Notes: a model not told the origin generated them from the sequence alone. A DNA stretch of 59,728 bases, filler included, from 7 parts of 7 records of this genome joined end to end with filler, not necessarily neighbours in it, one strand, 5' to 3'. Shown: positions 27,863 to 39,339, counted from the first letter of the whole stretch. Translations and numbers: made by a program.

Positions 27863-29713
27863 CTACCAGTTGTTGTTGCCAACTTTTCGTGAGTCCTTCC
27901 TGCGCCGACGATGTTCTTCACGGAGTTGCCGTATGCGTTCTTTCTCGGGTCGTTTCAAGTCATCAAAAAATTCTGCAACAACTTCAGGGCTTTCTTCTTC
28001 CGAATCCTTGATGGGATCGTTGTACACTTGGGCGCCAGCCACTTGCGCTGGTGGAAGGCCTTCTTGTTTGCGGTATCTAAGCAGGTACACAGAACCACCG
28101 TTTCACACACAAAAGCAGGGGGAAATCGTAAACTTGTCGCCACACAAAATGAATCCGGTCGAAACGGGTCAGGGGTGCGTCACGAACATGTTGGTGTCGC
28201 GAAGGCTGTATGAGCAGCCACAATATTCTTGTTTGTAAAAGGAGCGTTCGGCATTCACGCGGTACTTGCGGTCTGTCATTTCCGGAGTCTGCCAATCCCG
28301 CGACCACCACGTGACGCCAGGGTATTTAGCAACGGCAGCAACGCCGGTTCGATTGACCTGTTCTGCATCTTTCCACCGGGAGGTCGCGTTCGTCGTCGTA
28401 ATGTACTGGAGCAGAAGCGAGTTGACACAGACACAAGCCAGCACTGCATCACCACAACTCACAGACAAGCAGAAAATGAAACGAAAGGAAAAACTCGCAA
28501 CTCATACACGAACCTGAAATCCGTGCGTTTGCGCATACTCTGCCGTCTTTTCGAAACGCATGTCAAAGCACATGGTGCATCGATCGCCACGTTCGGGATC
28601 GAATTCCATTCCTTTTGCGCGGGCATACCTTTGAAGCAGCGTGCAACTTTGAACTCAAAAAAAATTGCAGATTGTTGTGTACAGCCCACCAAACCCACGT
28701 ATCCAACCCCTGGGGCGATACGCCTGTAAAGGCTCTGGCACTCACCACTCATCCACATCATAATCCAGGTCGACGAAATCTACACCTAGGAAGTCGGCAA
28801 AGCGCTTGTTCTCCTCCTTTCGAACATCGTACTCTTCACGCGGGTGAATGTTGGGATTGTAAAATAAAATCGTGACATCGTTCCCTTCGCTGAGCATTTG
28901 CTCAATCATTGCCCCACTGCACGGTGCACAACAGGAATGCAGGAGCACTTTTTGATCAGGCTCGATGCGACCTCCTATTGAGATCATGCTTTCGCGACCA
29001 CCTACGACTTCGACAATTTTGCTGCGATTCGACACAGGGTCGCTGACAGTTGCATTCTCGCTCTGGTCTTCGGCGTTTTTGTCCCAGTTGTGGGCGGGTT
29101 CCACAGCAAAAGCGCCAGGGTTGGGCGTGCACTGAGGAACTACGAATACAAGGTCATCGGGCTTCTTCGGAGCCGAAGATGTTGCCGTTTTGACCTGCAC
29201 GCGCGCGAGATCCTCACTGACACCCACAGCCGGGAGATCCTGCAGCCGGCACAGCGCAGCCTGAAAACCTTTCGGAGCAGTATTCACGAACTCCAATAGG
29301 GATGCTGCAGGAAGCTGCGAGTCCTCACAACTGCTTAACAGTGCAAGTGCATTCAAGGTCTGAGCTGCTGAGCTTCCAACGGCAATGACTGGTCGCTGCA
29401 ATCGTACGCTCCGTTTCAGTTCGCGTCGGACGCGTGCGAGTGCTGTTGTATCGTCGAAAGCGTCAGCTGACCTTGCGTTGGGCAGCACCGATATCTTGAC
29501 ACCGCTGCGGCGGAGCTCGTCAATGCTCAGAATGTCGCTGAAGGTGAATTCAGAGTCGACCACGACGTGCGCGTCGCTGGGGAAAAGCCCAGCAGCTGCC
29601 CCGGGCGAATCGAGTGACACCGCTGCCCACACGCCGTCCGTAGCCACGGCATTTGAGAGAGTCTTGAATCGAATTTGATTCGCCAGCGCAGCAGCAGCAG
29701 CAGCAGCAGCAGC
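27863..29713 (-). CDS. queH: Eukaryotic epoxyqueuosine reductase QueH (DUF208) homolog with N-terminal extension, at least 4 exons, 5' truncated
   Basis: [36 protein letters not shown] and [14 protein letters not shown] are reconstituted across GT-AG introns 28629-28745, 28406-28513 and 28077-28187. The frame is open to the contig end. Confidence 0.88.
29686..29713. repeat. (CAG)n microsatellite (poly-Ala in the QueH frame) at contig end
   Basis: Run of cag repeats immediately before the linker. Confidence 0.85.
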
Positions 29714-29813
29714 NNNNNNNNNNNNNNNNNNNNNNNNNNNNNNNNNNNNNNNNNNNNTTAATTAATTAANNNNNNNNNNNNNNNNNNNNNNNNNNNNNNN
29801 NNNNNNNNNNNNN
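29714..29813. other. Artificial contig linker
   Basis: N-run + TTAATTAATTAA + N-run. Confidence 0.98.
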
Positions 29814-32398
29814 TTGCACTGCCGAGCCTACTGCCCCTTGAAGTCTTCCTACCAGTTGGAATTACTTCGTTTGAAGGTGGCATTGGGAGGGGTATTGCTG
29901 TGGCAAAAGGGAGGGGCGAGATGGATCTTCCCGGGAGTGCCGTTGTTGGGAAGGTGCAGCGACGGATATCGCAGTTCAACAGACAGATCTCAAACGAGCG
30001 CTCGGTGCCGTCGTCGGCAGTGAAAACACGCAAGAGGACACCGGCAAAGTTTTTTAAATCCCCGATTCGAATCAAACTTGCCCAGGAAAACTTTTGCTCT
30101 GTGGCCAAAATACAACTCACAGACTCCATGGAACGGCGCTATAAGATCAACTCTTTTTGGGACTGGGTCACTGTTGGCATCTACCTTGCGCTGGGACTCG
30201 CCGGCTTGCAGACGGACGTGTTGTCGATTCACACGCTCTTACGGTCATGTGCGCTGAATGGAATTGATATTACGTGCCACAATCACCTCGACGCTGCGGC
30301 AACTCTTTCTTTGATCCTTATCGCTGTCGTGTGGGTTTTGTCATTTGGTGCCGGGATTGTGAAGCTGTACAATGACAGATTGGTGGAACGAAAGCCCAAA
30401 CAGGTCCCAATGAGCATGTGGAAAACTATTGTTTGGGCTCCATTTGCACTGGGTTTGAGCTTGATTCGTGGCCTCACTGCCAGCATTTGGGTAGCAACTG
30501 GATTCGTTTTGTACATTTCGAAAGCGTGGATGATCGGGCCCGTTCTTGAGATGTGGTTAATTGTTGGTGGTCCAATGGCGCATCTTTACTGGGACACAAA
30601 GCAGCTCGCAGCCACTTCCGCAGATCACATAGTGCTTGCGGTCACATTGGATGAATTCAATCCAAACACAGCAAAACGCGGTAATGAACGAGCATCGCTC
30701 CGTGACGCACAAGTGATGCGCCGCGCACTGAATGCAGAGTTTCGCAGTGTTGGGCGTCCCGAAAAGAAACCGAGAAGGCGCATGACTTCTTCCACCAATT
30801 TTCTGAGTACATTTCTCCACATCACGCCAAGAGTGGACCTTCTCTTTGACGTACGTAGTGCCAGTTTTATTTGAAAGAAGCTGCTTTTTATGCCAAGTAG
30901 AGTGTTTGTTCATCGTTCTCGTTCTGGCGCGCTCAAACTACAATTACAGGTGGCCGCCCTCAACAAGGCCTACACATTGGAATTCTTGCTGCGCAATACG
31001 CCAGTTTTTGTCTTTCAATTACTGTGGAGCGCAGTGAGTCTTGCACGCTCTGTTGCAGAAACTGTGCTTCAGAGCCAGGGCATGCAAATTCCGATTTCGA
31101 CATGGTTTTGGAGCATTGTTCTTTCTGCTACCAACAAGGATGTTCAAGTTTTGGGTGATTTATCGATTGAGGGTTCAAACAGTACTGCGAGCAAAGGAGT
31201 TTGCAGTTTTGTTGGCCTTCATAACGTCAATTCGGACGAGACAGTGGCTCTTGGCGACTGGACAACGTTCATTCTGCCCGTGGTTTCTGGATTATTGTTT
31301 CTGTAAGTTGCTGTGGGGTCCGCTGCCTCTGCATTGGGTGCAAATACGTCAAGTTTTTTTAATTACCAGCGCGATATGTGATTTACTAATGCTCCGTATA
31401 GGTTTAATCTTGGAAGCTATCTCCACATGCATCGGACAGGGTCGTACGCATCAGCTTTTGAAAATATTGCCACTTCGCTTGGAAATGCGCTCCGCACTGC
31501 AAGACAAGTGTTTACCAATATGACGACAACTGAACCGTCAAACACCCGGCCGTCGACACGACGCTGCTCTCATCGAGGAATTAATCGCAAGTCCATGAAA
31601 GTACGATTTGGGCGCATTAATGCTGCACTTGCGGCACAGAAGAAAAGATTCGCTCGTCAAGGCAACAATGTTAGCGTTCAAGCACCGGTTCACCAGTCCT
31701 CAACATCCTCATCCAATAACGTAGCAGCAACGCCTGTGGCAACTCCCAAATTTGCACCTACGCGCTCTGTGAGGGCAGTGGCGCCAGATGCATCGAAGGC
31801 AAAAGCTTACGCCACACCCCCTGCTTTACGGCAGACATTCAGTCGAAAAGCAAGGTCTGAACGGGAACTTCGGCAGCTCGTGGCACAATCTGCAGCGGGA
31901 GCAGCTCAAAACATATCGCCATCCTCTAGCGGCAACGCAAAAGAGTCGCGTCGACCGCCTAAACGATCACGAATTGGGCTTGATGAAATTCAAAAAGTGT
32001 GTCTCATCAAGCGATCACGCGCTGGGACAATCAGCAAGAAGACATCAACAGGTCGACGTCGCAGAACTGTGCAGCATATGGACAACAACACTCTGAACCC
32101 AACAAAGGAAATAAAAAGGAAGGGGGCAACCAGGCGAAAGCGCTCTCGTTTTGAGTCTTTGAGCAAGCGCGTGAATGCAGCAGCAGCTCTTGCGGACGCC
32201 AAGAGTGGGCTTGGTCGAAGGAAAGCAGTTAAAGCACCCTGTTCACCAGATCTTGCAGTGCAAGTTGCGCAAAGGGCGATTGAGCTACGAGCGAAGCGCC
32301 ATCGAATATCAAATACCCCGCTCCGTGCGCAAAACTTAAACCTGCGGCCCGTCGCACTGAATGTCGAACCACAACCTTCGCCAGAAGCCGTTCTGTGA
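29814..32398 (+). CDS. Eukaryotic multi-pass membrane protein with long basic C-terminal tail (5' truncated, at least 3 exons)
   Basis: ORFs 29900, 30890 and 31427 are joined in frame by introns 30851-30949 (gtacgt..ttacag) and 31303-31401 (gtaagt..tactaat..atag); several hydrophobic helices. Confidence 0.65.
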
Positions 32399-32478
32399 GT
32401 GAACACAATTCAGACGACTATAAAACAGGGATTTCCAGCATTATAAATTATTTATTTCCCAGCAGTTTCCTTTCTGGA

Positions 32479-34721
32479 TTAGTATGACCGCGGCAAACCC
32501 AGAACTTTCTCTGCAACGAAACTCAAAATGAGATTTGTCGAGATCGGAGCAATACGATACCTTCATCGAGTTCCAAGCTCCAGTGAGTGTTGCCGCATCA
32601 TCGCAAGCCAACTCGACAGCAGGCAGGCGTACCAAATTTTACTTACAACTTGCTTTCTCGAAACTTCCTTTCAATACCGAAGTCTGACGCAAAAGCATAC
32701 CCACCATGAGTTTGCATGCACCTGCAAAACAAATCAGCAGTCAGCACGCACCACAGATCAATTCCGACAGTGGTGAGACGCTCCACCAATAGCGCAGGAT
32801 CTGTGACAGGAAACATAGCTTGTCGCACGTACATGTCGCCTGCTTTCCATGATGCCTCTGCCGCTAAATACTTGGCCTGAAACGCAGTTCCAACGAACGA
32901 AAGGTAAGCGGCGGCTTGTCTTTTGTGACCTGCAGGGGTACCAATGCATGACGCACCATGTTGGCTTCTGCTCCAGCAGGCTCCCCAGCCTCATATCGGC
33001 GGGCAGCTGCATCAACCATGAGGGCAGCTGCTCGTGTTTGAGCAAAAGCTTCAGCAATCGGAAACTGGATTCCCTGGTTGGCACCAATGGGGCGACTGTA
33101 TACACCAGCACCCATCGAGAAAACGTGTGGCAAAATTAGCTGGTCGCTGCAAATAGTGAGTCCAGAACACAAAACTTGATGCCTGGGAACACGCACCCAA
33201 ATACAACTCGTTCATTGGAGTATTTCACTGCCTGTTCCACAGGCACATGCAACCACAGTCAAAAAGCGAACGGAAACTGCACCGCCAAGTTGTTGCCAAT
33301 GGTTCCTTTACATCATGGACACATATAATACCGCACCTTTTCAATAAAGAAACGAGCATCTCCAATACTTTCGGAGGCAATCAGAGTCCTTTCTGCATTC
33401 ATAGAAGTCAGGATACACTTGAGACCGTCTCCCTCTTCACCAATCATGTTTTCTGCTGGGACGATTACGTTGTCGAAAAAAACCTGATGGTGCCACTCGA
33501 AGCATCAATCAACCGAATCTGGAAGGTGGCTGGAGGGACAATGCGCACTGAAATGCCGATAAAGGTGAAAATGCGCACCTGGGTTGTGGAGTGATTCATC
33601 ATTGTCCGCACTGGTGTAATTTCCATGTGGCCTCCATGAATATTACTTCCATCCTTTCCAATCGTCAAAACAGTTGATCCGAGTTCAGGTTTGCAATTCA
33701 AGTGCTGTCTTATTTCAGGCATTTGGGGCCAAAATTTTACCTTGGTTGTGATGGTACGTTGATGCTTGGCATCCTGCATGTCGACGACAAAGAGGGACAG
33801 AGCCTTTGACCGCCTGCGGTGTTGGGTGAAAGAGAAACAAGGGAATGCATCGTCAGTACCAAGTTTTGTTGAAGCCAGAGCGTGATTTCTGGAAAAATGC
33901 GGACACTCATCAAACACAAATATGCCATGTCACAGTGCAAAATGCAAGCCGACAATTACTAACCCTCCCTTTGTGGCATTCTCTGGGGACGTTCGACAGA
34001 GCAGCAGCATGAGATCTGAGTGCTCAGCTCGCGACGTCCACATTTTCTGACCATTAATACGGTAGTGGGTAGTTTCTCCGTTGGCGTTCTTTGCGCAAGC
34101 AGTGGCCTGAAAACCAAGCAGGTAGCGAAAAATCAATGGAGACAGCATGGGTTCGATTGGCAGCGAAAATGGAATGTCATTTACCGTTGTCCTGAGCGAG
34201 AGCGTGTCTGTGCCCGAGTCCGGCTCGGAGACGCCGAACGCCTGCAGTCGAATCTCGCCACTGGCAATGCCTGGAAGCCAGCGCTGCTTTTGCTCTTCGG
34301 TACCGTGGTACAGCAAGGTGCCCATTGTGTACATTTGGGCGTGTGCCGCACCACCATTACCGCCACTTGCATGTATCTCCTCAAGCACTGCGCAGGCAGC
34401 GGACAACGGCAGCCCACTTCCGCCGTACTCTTCTGGGACCAAAATCGACAGGTAGCCCGCGTCCTGCAGCGCGCGGACAAACTTCGAAGGGTATTCGCGG
34501 CTGGAGTCAACACTGTCCCAGTAACTGTGCGGAAATTCGGCACACAGTGCCCTCACTGCTTCGCGGATCTCCGGATAAGCATTCCCCCCGACCGTCACAC
34601 CGTGCGGGAGTACTGAACTGAAAGATCTCACGGACTGGCTGGCAGGCCAACAACTTGCCTTCCTCGGCATGAGGCATCCAGGGAGCTGCGCTGCTCGGCG
34701 AATGCAGCGCGAAAACATCAT
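32479..34721 (-). CDS. Acyl-CoA dehydrogenase with mitochondrial presequence, multi-exon
   Basis: PEEYGGSG, SEPDSGTD, INGQKMWTS, IGANQGIQFPIA, AKYLA, QTHGG and YRIAPISTNLILSFVAEKVLGLPRSY* across introns; N-terminus MFSRCIRR...RSFSS. Confidence 0.9.
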
Positions 34722-34959
34722 CGTCGTGCGCTGCTGCCAAGAAAGATGGTGTTTGAGATGCCCACTGCACCGTCGCTACAACTTTTTCAAAAATTCTCGC
34801 TCCACGTTGTGCTTGACGAAAGAGAGGCTGAAAAACCGTCCACGCAGGAATCAGAAGCTTTCTGAGATCGTCGCCGCACCACCTCACGCACTCCAGTCAC
34901 CGAGAGTTCTCTCCAGGGTCCACCAAGGGAAACTCCAACCACGCAGACAGCCAGAGAGT

Positions 34960-35016
34960 CTCGAGAGAGCATCTCGAGAGAGCATCTCGAGAGAGAGCAT
35001 CTCGAGAGAGAGCATC
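34960..35016. repeat. Tandem 13-15 nt repeat CTCGAGAGAG(AG)CAT x4
   Basis: Read directly in the sequence upstream of the ACAD gene. Confidence 0.85.
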
Positions 35017-35630
35017 AGGAGTATGGAGAGAGAGTATCGAGAGTAGGAGTGAGCGAGTGCGCCAGCCAAACTTGAGAGCCAACTGACTTTTTTTTGCAGC
35101 TTTCGAACTTTTGCACTTTTGCAGCTTTCCCAGCTTTCCAGAAGCTTTTTTATGCATTTCGTTAATACAGCTAAAACGGTACATGTAACATTCACAAAAA
35201 TTGGTGTTTTATCAAACTTCTAAATTTGCAAGAATCAAGAACCGACGCAAACCTCCGATGTTGAAATCCGTTAAAATACTCATGAACAGCAGGAACCTAC
35301 CCTCAAATTCGTTGTACTTTTTCGAAATTACCTTGACATGGCTTTCAACCCTCCAGTGTGTGGTCACCTGACAAAAAATAATCTGAAGCTTGTGGTAGAA
35401 AGTCGCTAATAAAGCTAAATAGAAAAGCTAGTAGAACCTAAAAACGACGTTTTTAATGTTTGTTGATGGTCTGGCTCGTTCCACCGGTCAAAATGCAGTG
35501 CGTTCGCTTTCGAAGCGTGATAACTGGTTAAAATAGCTAAAATGAAACAGAAAGACGGGTATAATTGCACGATTTAAATGGAATTACACGTCAACGCGGT
35601 CGTTACACCTTGCAGCGGAGAGCGTTGTGG

Positions 35631-35659
35631 TGTGAGTGAGTGAGTGAGCGAGTGAGTGA
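35631..35659. repeat. (GTGA)n microsatellite at contig end
   Basis: tgtgagtgagtgagtgagcgagtgagtga. Confidence 0.8.
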
Positions 35660-35759
35660 NNNNNNNNNNNNNNNNNNNNNNNNNNNNNNNNNNNNNNNNN
35701 NNNTTAATTAATTAANNNNNNNNNNNNNNNNNNNNNNNNNNNNNNNNNNNNNNNNNNNN
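35660..35759. other. Artificial contig linker
   Basis: N-run + TTAATTAATTAA + N-run. Confidence 0.98.
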
Positions 35760-36543
35760 GTTTGACCATGATCATGTCTGCGCCTTCGGCAATATCTTGC
35801 TCGGCTTCGCGCAGCGCTTCATCGCTGTTGGCAGGGTCAATGTAATAGGTTTTTTTATCGCCTTTGAGCAGGCCCAAAGTGCCGATCGCATCGCGGTAAG
35901 GACCATAAAACGCAGACGCAAATTTCGTTGCGTAAGACATGATTGCGATATCTTGATAACCGCCTTCATCGAGCGCATCACGAATAGCGCCAATGCGGCC
36001 ATCCATCATATCGGACGGCGATATTATATCAGCGCCAGCCGCCGCTTGCATAACCGCAGCGCGCGCAAGGATATCGACGGTTTCATCATTGACGATTACA
36101 TCGCCGCGTAAAACACCGTCATGGCCGTGGCTGGTGAATGGATCAAGCGCGACATCGGTCATGACACCAATATCGGGAACTGCTTTTTTAATGGCCGCTG
36201 TGGCTAGATTTATAATGTTATCTTCGTCCAAAATATGTGAGCCGGTTACATCTTTCTTTGACGCTTCAATATGGGCAAACGGTGCAAGAAGCCCAATACC
36301 GAGGTCATGCGCCTCTTTTGCCGCTTCAACGGCAACATCAACACTCATGCGGAATACGCCAGGCATCGCATCAATCGGTTGTTTTTGGTTTTTGCCGTCA
36401 ACGAGGAAAATCGGCCAGATTAAATCATTGGTGGTGAGTTGATTTTCTTGAACAAGACGCCGTGACCAATCTGCCTTGCGCATGCGTCGCAAACGGCGCC
36501 CATTCGTAATTTCGTCAACGCTTCGCATGTGATTTCCTTGCAT
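35760..36543 (-). CDS. hemB: Porphobilinogen synthase, Cys-less (non-Zn) type, 3' truncated
   Basis: DVALDPFTSHGHDG, PSDMMDGRI, FYGPYRDA and GADMIMVK motifs. Confidence 0.95.
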
Positions 36544-36687
36544 TAATATGAAACTGTTGCATGAAGTATCACGCCCCTTTGCACTTCGCCAAGACTTGCT
36601 ATACCAAAAACACGGCCAGCGCTAAAAAGGCGCACCTGCGCACAAAGCGTTATAATTTGGGTCAGCAAAGTTGGATTTTGACAAAAA

Positions 36688-37107
36688 ATGCTTAGTCAAA
36701 TGCACGTTTCAAAACAACCTCCATCGCGTTTGCGAGACATATATGTGTATTTTTTACGCATTATGGCGGCCGTTTGTTTCGTTTCGGGATTAATTTATTG
36801 GGCCCAATTAATCGGAATTACCGGCGAAGGGCTGTTTCGATTTGACCTACTCGATACTAAATGGCGCGTTGTTTCGGCAACATTAGCTGTGCTTTTGCCT
36901 GCTGCGGCACTCGGTCTTTGGCTTACCCAGTCATGGGGAATTGTCCTATGGATATGCGCAATGTGCATAGAAATAGGAGCCTTTGGCATATGGGCAAACC
37001 TCTTTGTAGCTAAGCCCATGTTGGTGCTTGGGCACCTGATATCTATTGCATTTATTTGTTTGATTTCGGCCGCGCGTTATTTAGAGCGATATCGTCATGG
37101 TTCCTAA
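36688..37107 (+). CDS. DUF6163-like membrane protein
   Basis: Four TM helices with GLIYW, AALGLW and WGIVLW motifs; conserved position between hemB and ldtR in Rhizobiales. Confidence 0.7.
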   Translation: MLSQMHVSKQPPSRLRDIYVYFLRIMAAVCFVSGLIYWAQLIGITGEGLFRFDLLDTKWRVVSATLAVLLPAAALGLWLTQSWGIVLWICAMCIEIGAFGIWANLFVAKPMLVLGHLISIAFICLISAARYLERYRHGS

Positions 37108-37160
37108 TTTATGAACGCTGGCATAGCAATTCATTAACGACGAAAACCAAAGACCCCTTG

Positions 37161-37176
37161 GTAAGGCCTTATTAAC
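37161..37176 (+). promoter_or_regulatory. Putative CtrA site upstream of ldtR
   Basis: GTAA-N7-TTAAC, one mismatch from TTAA-N7-TTAAC. Confidence 0.45.
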
Positions 37177-37264
37177 GCTGGCTTTTAATTCGAATTTTAT
37201 ACGTGTTCGATAGATTGACCTCACAAGCCGAGAAAAAACATCGGCGACCTACAGTGAGGCGAAA

Positions 37265-37777
37265 ATGTTAAACCAAGCAAATCTAGTCGGCGCTACGCGT
37301 CCGGCAACTGAAGAGAATTCTATTCGTAAAGTCTACCTTGAGTCATTGCAGCTCGTTGAGCGTTTACACCACCGTTTGCAAGATGTCGTCAAGGATGAGT
37401 TTGATCGCAAAAATCGCAGTGATGTAAATGCTGTTCAAGCTTTGTTGCTGTTCAATATCGGCGACAGCGAGATGACAGCCGGTGAACTGCGTTCACGTGG
37501 TTATTATTTAGGCTCAAACGTATCATACAACATCAAGAAACTTGTTGAATTGGGCTTTATCAACCACGAGCGTTCACGCGCAGACCGCCGTTCAGTACGC
37601 ATTAGCTTGACTGAGACAGGTATGGATGTCGCGAAGACTGTTTCAGCCCTCTATGATCGTCATGTCGAATCGATCGAAGCTGTTGGCGGCATCGGCCAAG
37701 CCGAGTTTCAAACAATGATCCGTTCAATGCAGCGTTTGGACCGTTTCTGGAACGACACAATCATGTACCGCCTCTAA
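37265..37777 (+). CDS. ldtR: MarR-family regulator LdtR
   Basis: VERLH, NAVQALLLFNIG, AGELRSRGYYLGSNVSYN and DRRSVR motifs. Confidence 0.88.
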   Translation: MLNQANLVGATRPATEENSIRKVYLESLQLVERLHHRLQDVVKDEFDRKNRSDVNAVQALLLFNIGDSEMTAGELRSRGYYLGSNVSYNIKKLVELGFINHERSRADRRSVRISLTETGMDVAKTVSALYDRHVESIEAVGGIGQAEFQTMIRSMQRLDRFWNDTIMYRL

Positions 37778-37796
37778 AGGCCGTTCACCTAAAATT

Positions 37797-37830
37797 AAAA
37801 ACGCACTGCAAGCAATTGCAGTGCGTTTTT
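37797..37830. terminator. Bidirectional intrinsic terminator
   Basis: aaaaacgcactgcaa-gcaa-ttgcagtgcgttttt. Confidence 0.85.
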
Positions 37831-38067
37831 GCATGTTTAGTAGTAGGTTACGCTATGTATAGCGGCGTAAACTTGTAAATTGACATGGATTGGCCATATT
37901 CAAGCCTCAAATAAGATTCAAATGAGAAGCTCAATTGGGCTTTTGTCCTAAAATGATATTCTTACTGCGCTGAAGCCAATTTATGGTTTGCGCTTTGTTA
38001 AGTTTAGGTTGCTATCTAGTAACAAAGAGTTGGCGGATTCGCCGGTGAAAGCACAAACAGGTCAGTT

Positions 38068-39339
38068 ATGAGCAGATTAAACAAAAATAATCGTCGATCT
38101 ATTCTTAAAATCGCAGGCGCGGTTGGTGCAGCGGCGTTGTTGCCAAGCATGGCTTATGCCCAAAGTTCCATAAATGACATTTTGACATCGCCGCAGCGCG
38201 GCGGTTGGGACGATCAATTTGATGCAACGGGCTCTCGCAAAGCATCAGTTGATTCTCGTTTGCCAATCCTAAGCCCTGAAACTGTGGCTTATGTTGAAAA
38301 AGCAATTGATGAATATCGCTCAATTGTATCACGCGGCGGTTGGCCTCGGGTAAATGCAACACAGCGTTTAAAAGTCGGTGTGACTGACAGCGCTGTGCGT
38401 GAATTGCGCCAACGCCTAACGATTTCGGGCGACATGGCGCGTAACTCAGGTACCAGCACCACGTTTGATTCGTTCCTTGATGCGGGCCTAAAACGCTTTC
38501 AAGAGCGCCACGGCATGGTTGCCGATGGTGTGATGGGAAACTACACGCTTGCAGCGCTTAATGTTGACGCACAAACACGCCTTGGCCAGTTGGAAACAAA
38601 TCTTGTTCGTCTACGCTCTATGTCGGGCTTCTTGGGTGATCGCTATGTGATGGTGAACATTCCAGGCACTGAGCTTGAAGCGGTGGAAAATGGCCGTGTT
38701 GCGCAGCGCCATAAAACCATTGTTGGCCGCGTAGACCGCGAAACACCTGTTTTGTCGTCGAAAATCAATGAGGTTATTTTAAACCCTTATTGGACATCGC
38801 CAAAATCAATCATCGAAAAAGATATCATTCCGTTGATGCGCAAGGATCCAACCTACCTTACGCGCAACCACATTCGCCTATTTAACGGTGATGGTGAAGA
38901 AGTGGCACCTGAAACGGTCAATTGGACAACCGATGAAGCGGTGAAATTGCGGTTCCGTCAGGATCCGGGCAAAATCAACGCGATGTCTTCAACGAAGATC
39001 AACTTCAATAACCCGCATGCCGTCTATATGCATGATACGCCGCAACAGAGCCTTTTCGGCAAATTTTTGCGCTTTGAATCATCTGGCTGCGTCCGCATTC
39101 AAGATATTCGCGAACTATCGACTTGGCTGTTGTCTAGCGATTCTGGCTATACCCGTGAAATGATTGAGAAAATCATTGAGACACGCGAAAATACGCCAAT
39201 TCCATTGCAGACACCTGTGCCAGTATATTTCGTTTATATCAGCGCATGGTCAACCGGTGACGGCGTCGTTCACTTCCGCGACGATATTTATAATCGCGAT
39301 GGTGTGGGCGAGTTGGAAACAGCGTCTACCTCGCTTTAA
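38068..39339 (+). CDS. L,D-transpeptidase (YcbB/LdtP-like, PG-binding + YkuD domains)
   Basis: Tat-like RR signal, FQERHG..DG PG-binding motif, NPYW and HDTP...SSGC catalytic motif. Confidence 0.9.
   Translation: MSRLNKNNRRSILKIAGAVGAAALLPSMAYAQSSINDILTSPQRGGWDDQFDATGSRKASVDSRLPILSPETVAYVEKAIDEYRSIVSRGGWPRVNATQRLKVGVTDSAVRELRQRLTISGDMARNSGTSTTFDSFLDAGLKRFQERHGMVADGVMGNYTLAALNVDAQTRLGQLETNLVRLRSMSGFLGDRYVMVNIPGTELEAVENGRVAQRHKTIVGRVDRETPVLSSKINEVILNPYWTSPKSIIEKDIIPLMRKDPTYLTRNHIRLFNGDGEEVAPETVNWTTDEAVKLRFRQDPGKINAMSSTKINFNNPHAVYMHDTPQQSLFGKFLRFESSGCVRIQDIRELSTWLLSSDSGYTREMIEKIIETRENTPIPLQTPVPVYFVYISAWSTGDGVVHFRDDIYNRDGVGELETASTSL

Noticed and set aside
21582-34721. Fragmented ORFs as pseudogenes, frameshifts or a variant genetic code
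   Set aside because: Frame breaks examined are resolved by canonical GT-AG introns in the correct phase.
34960-35016. Possible CRISPR or telomeric repeat
   Set aside because: Units are short, directly adjacent and internal, with no spacers.
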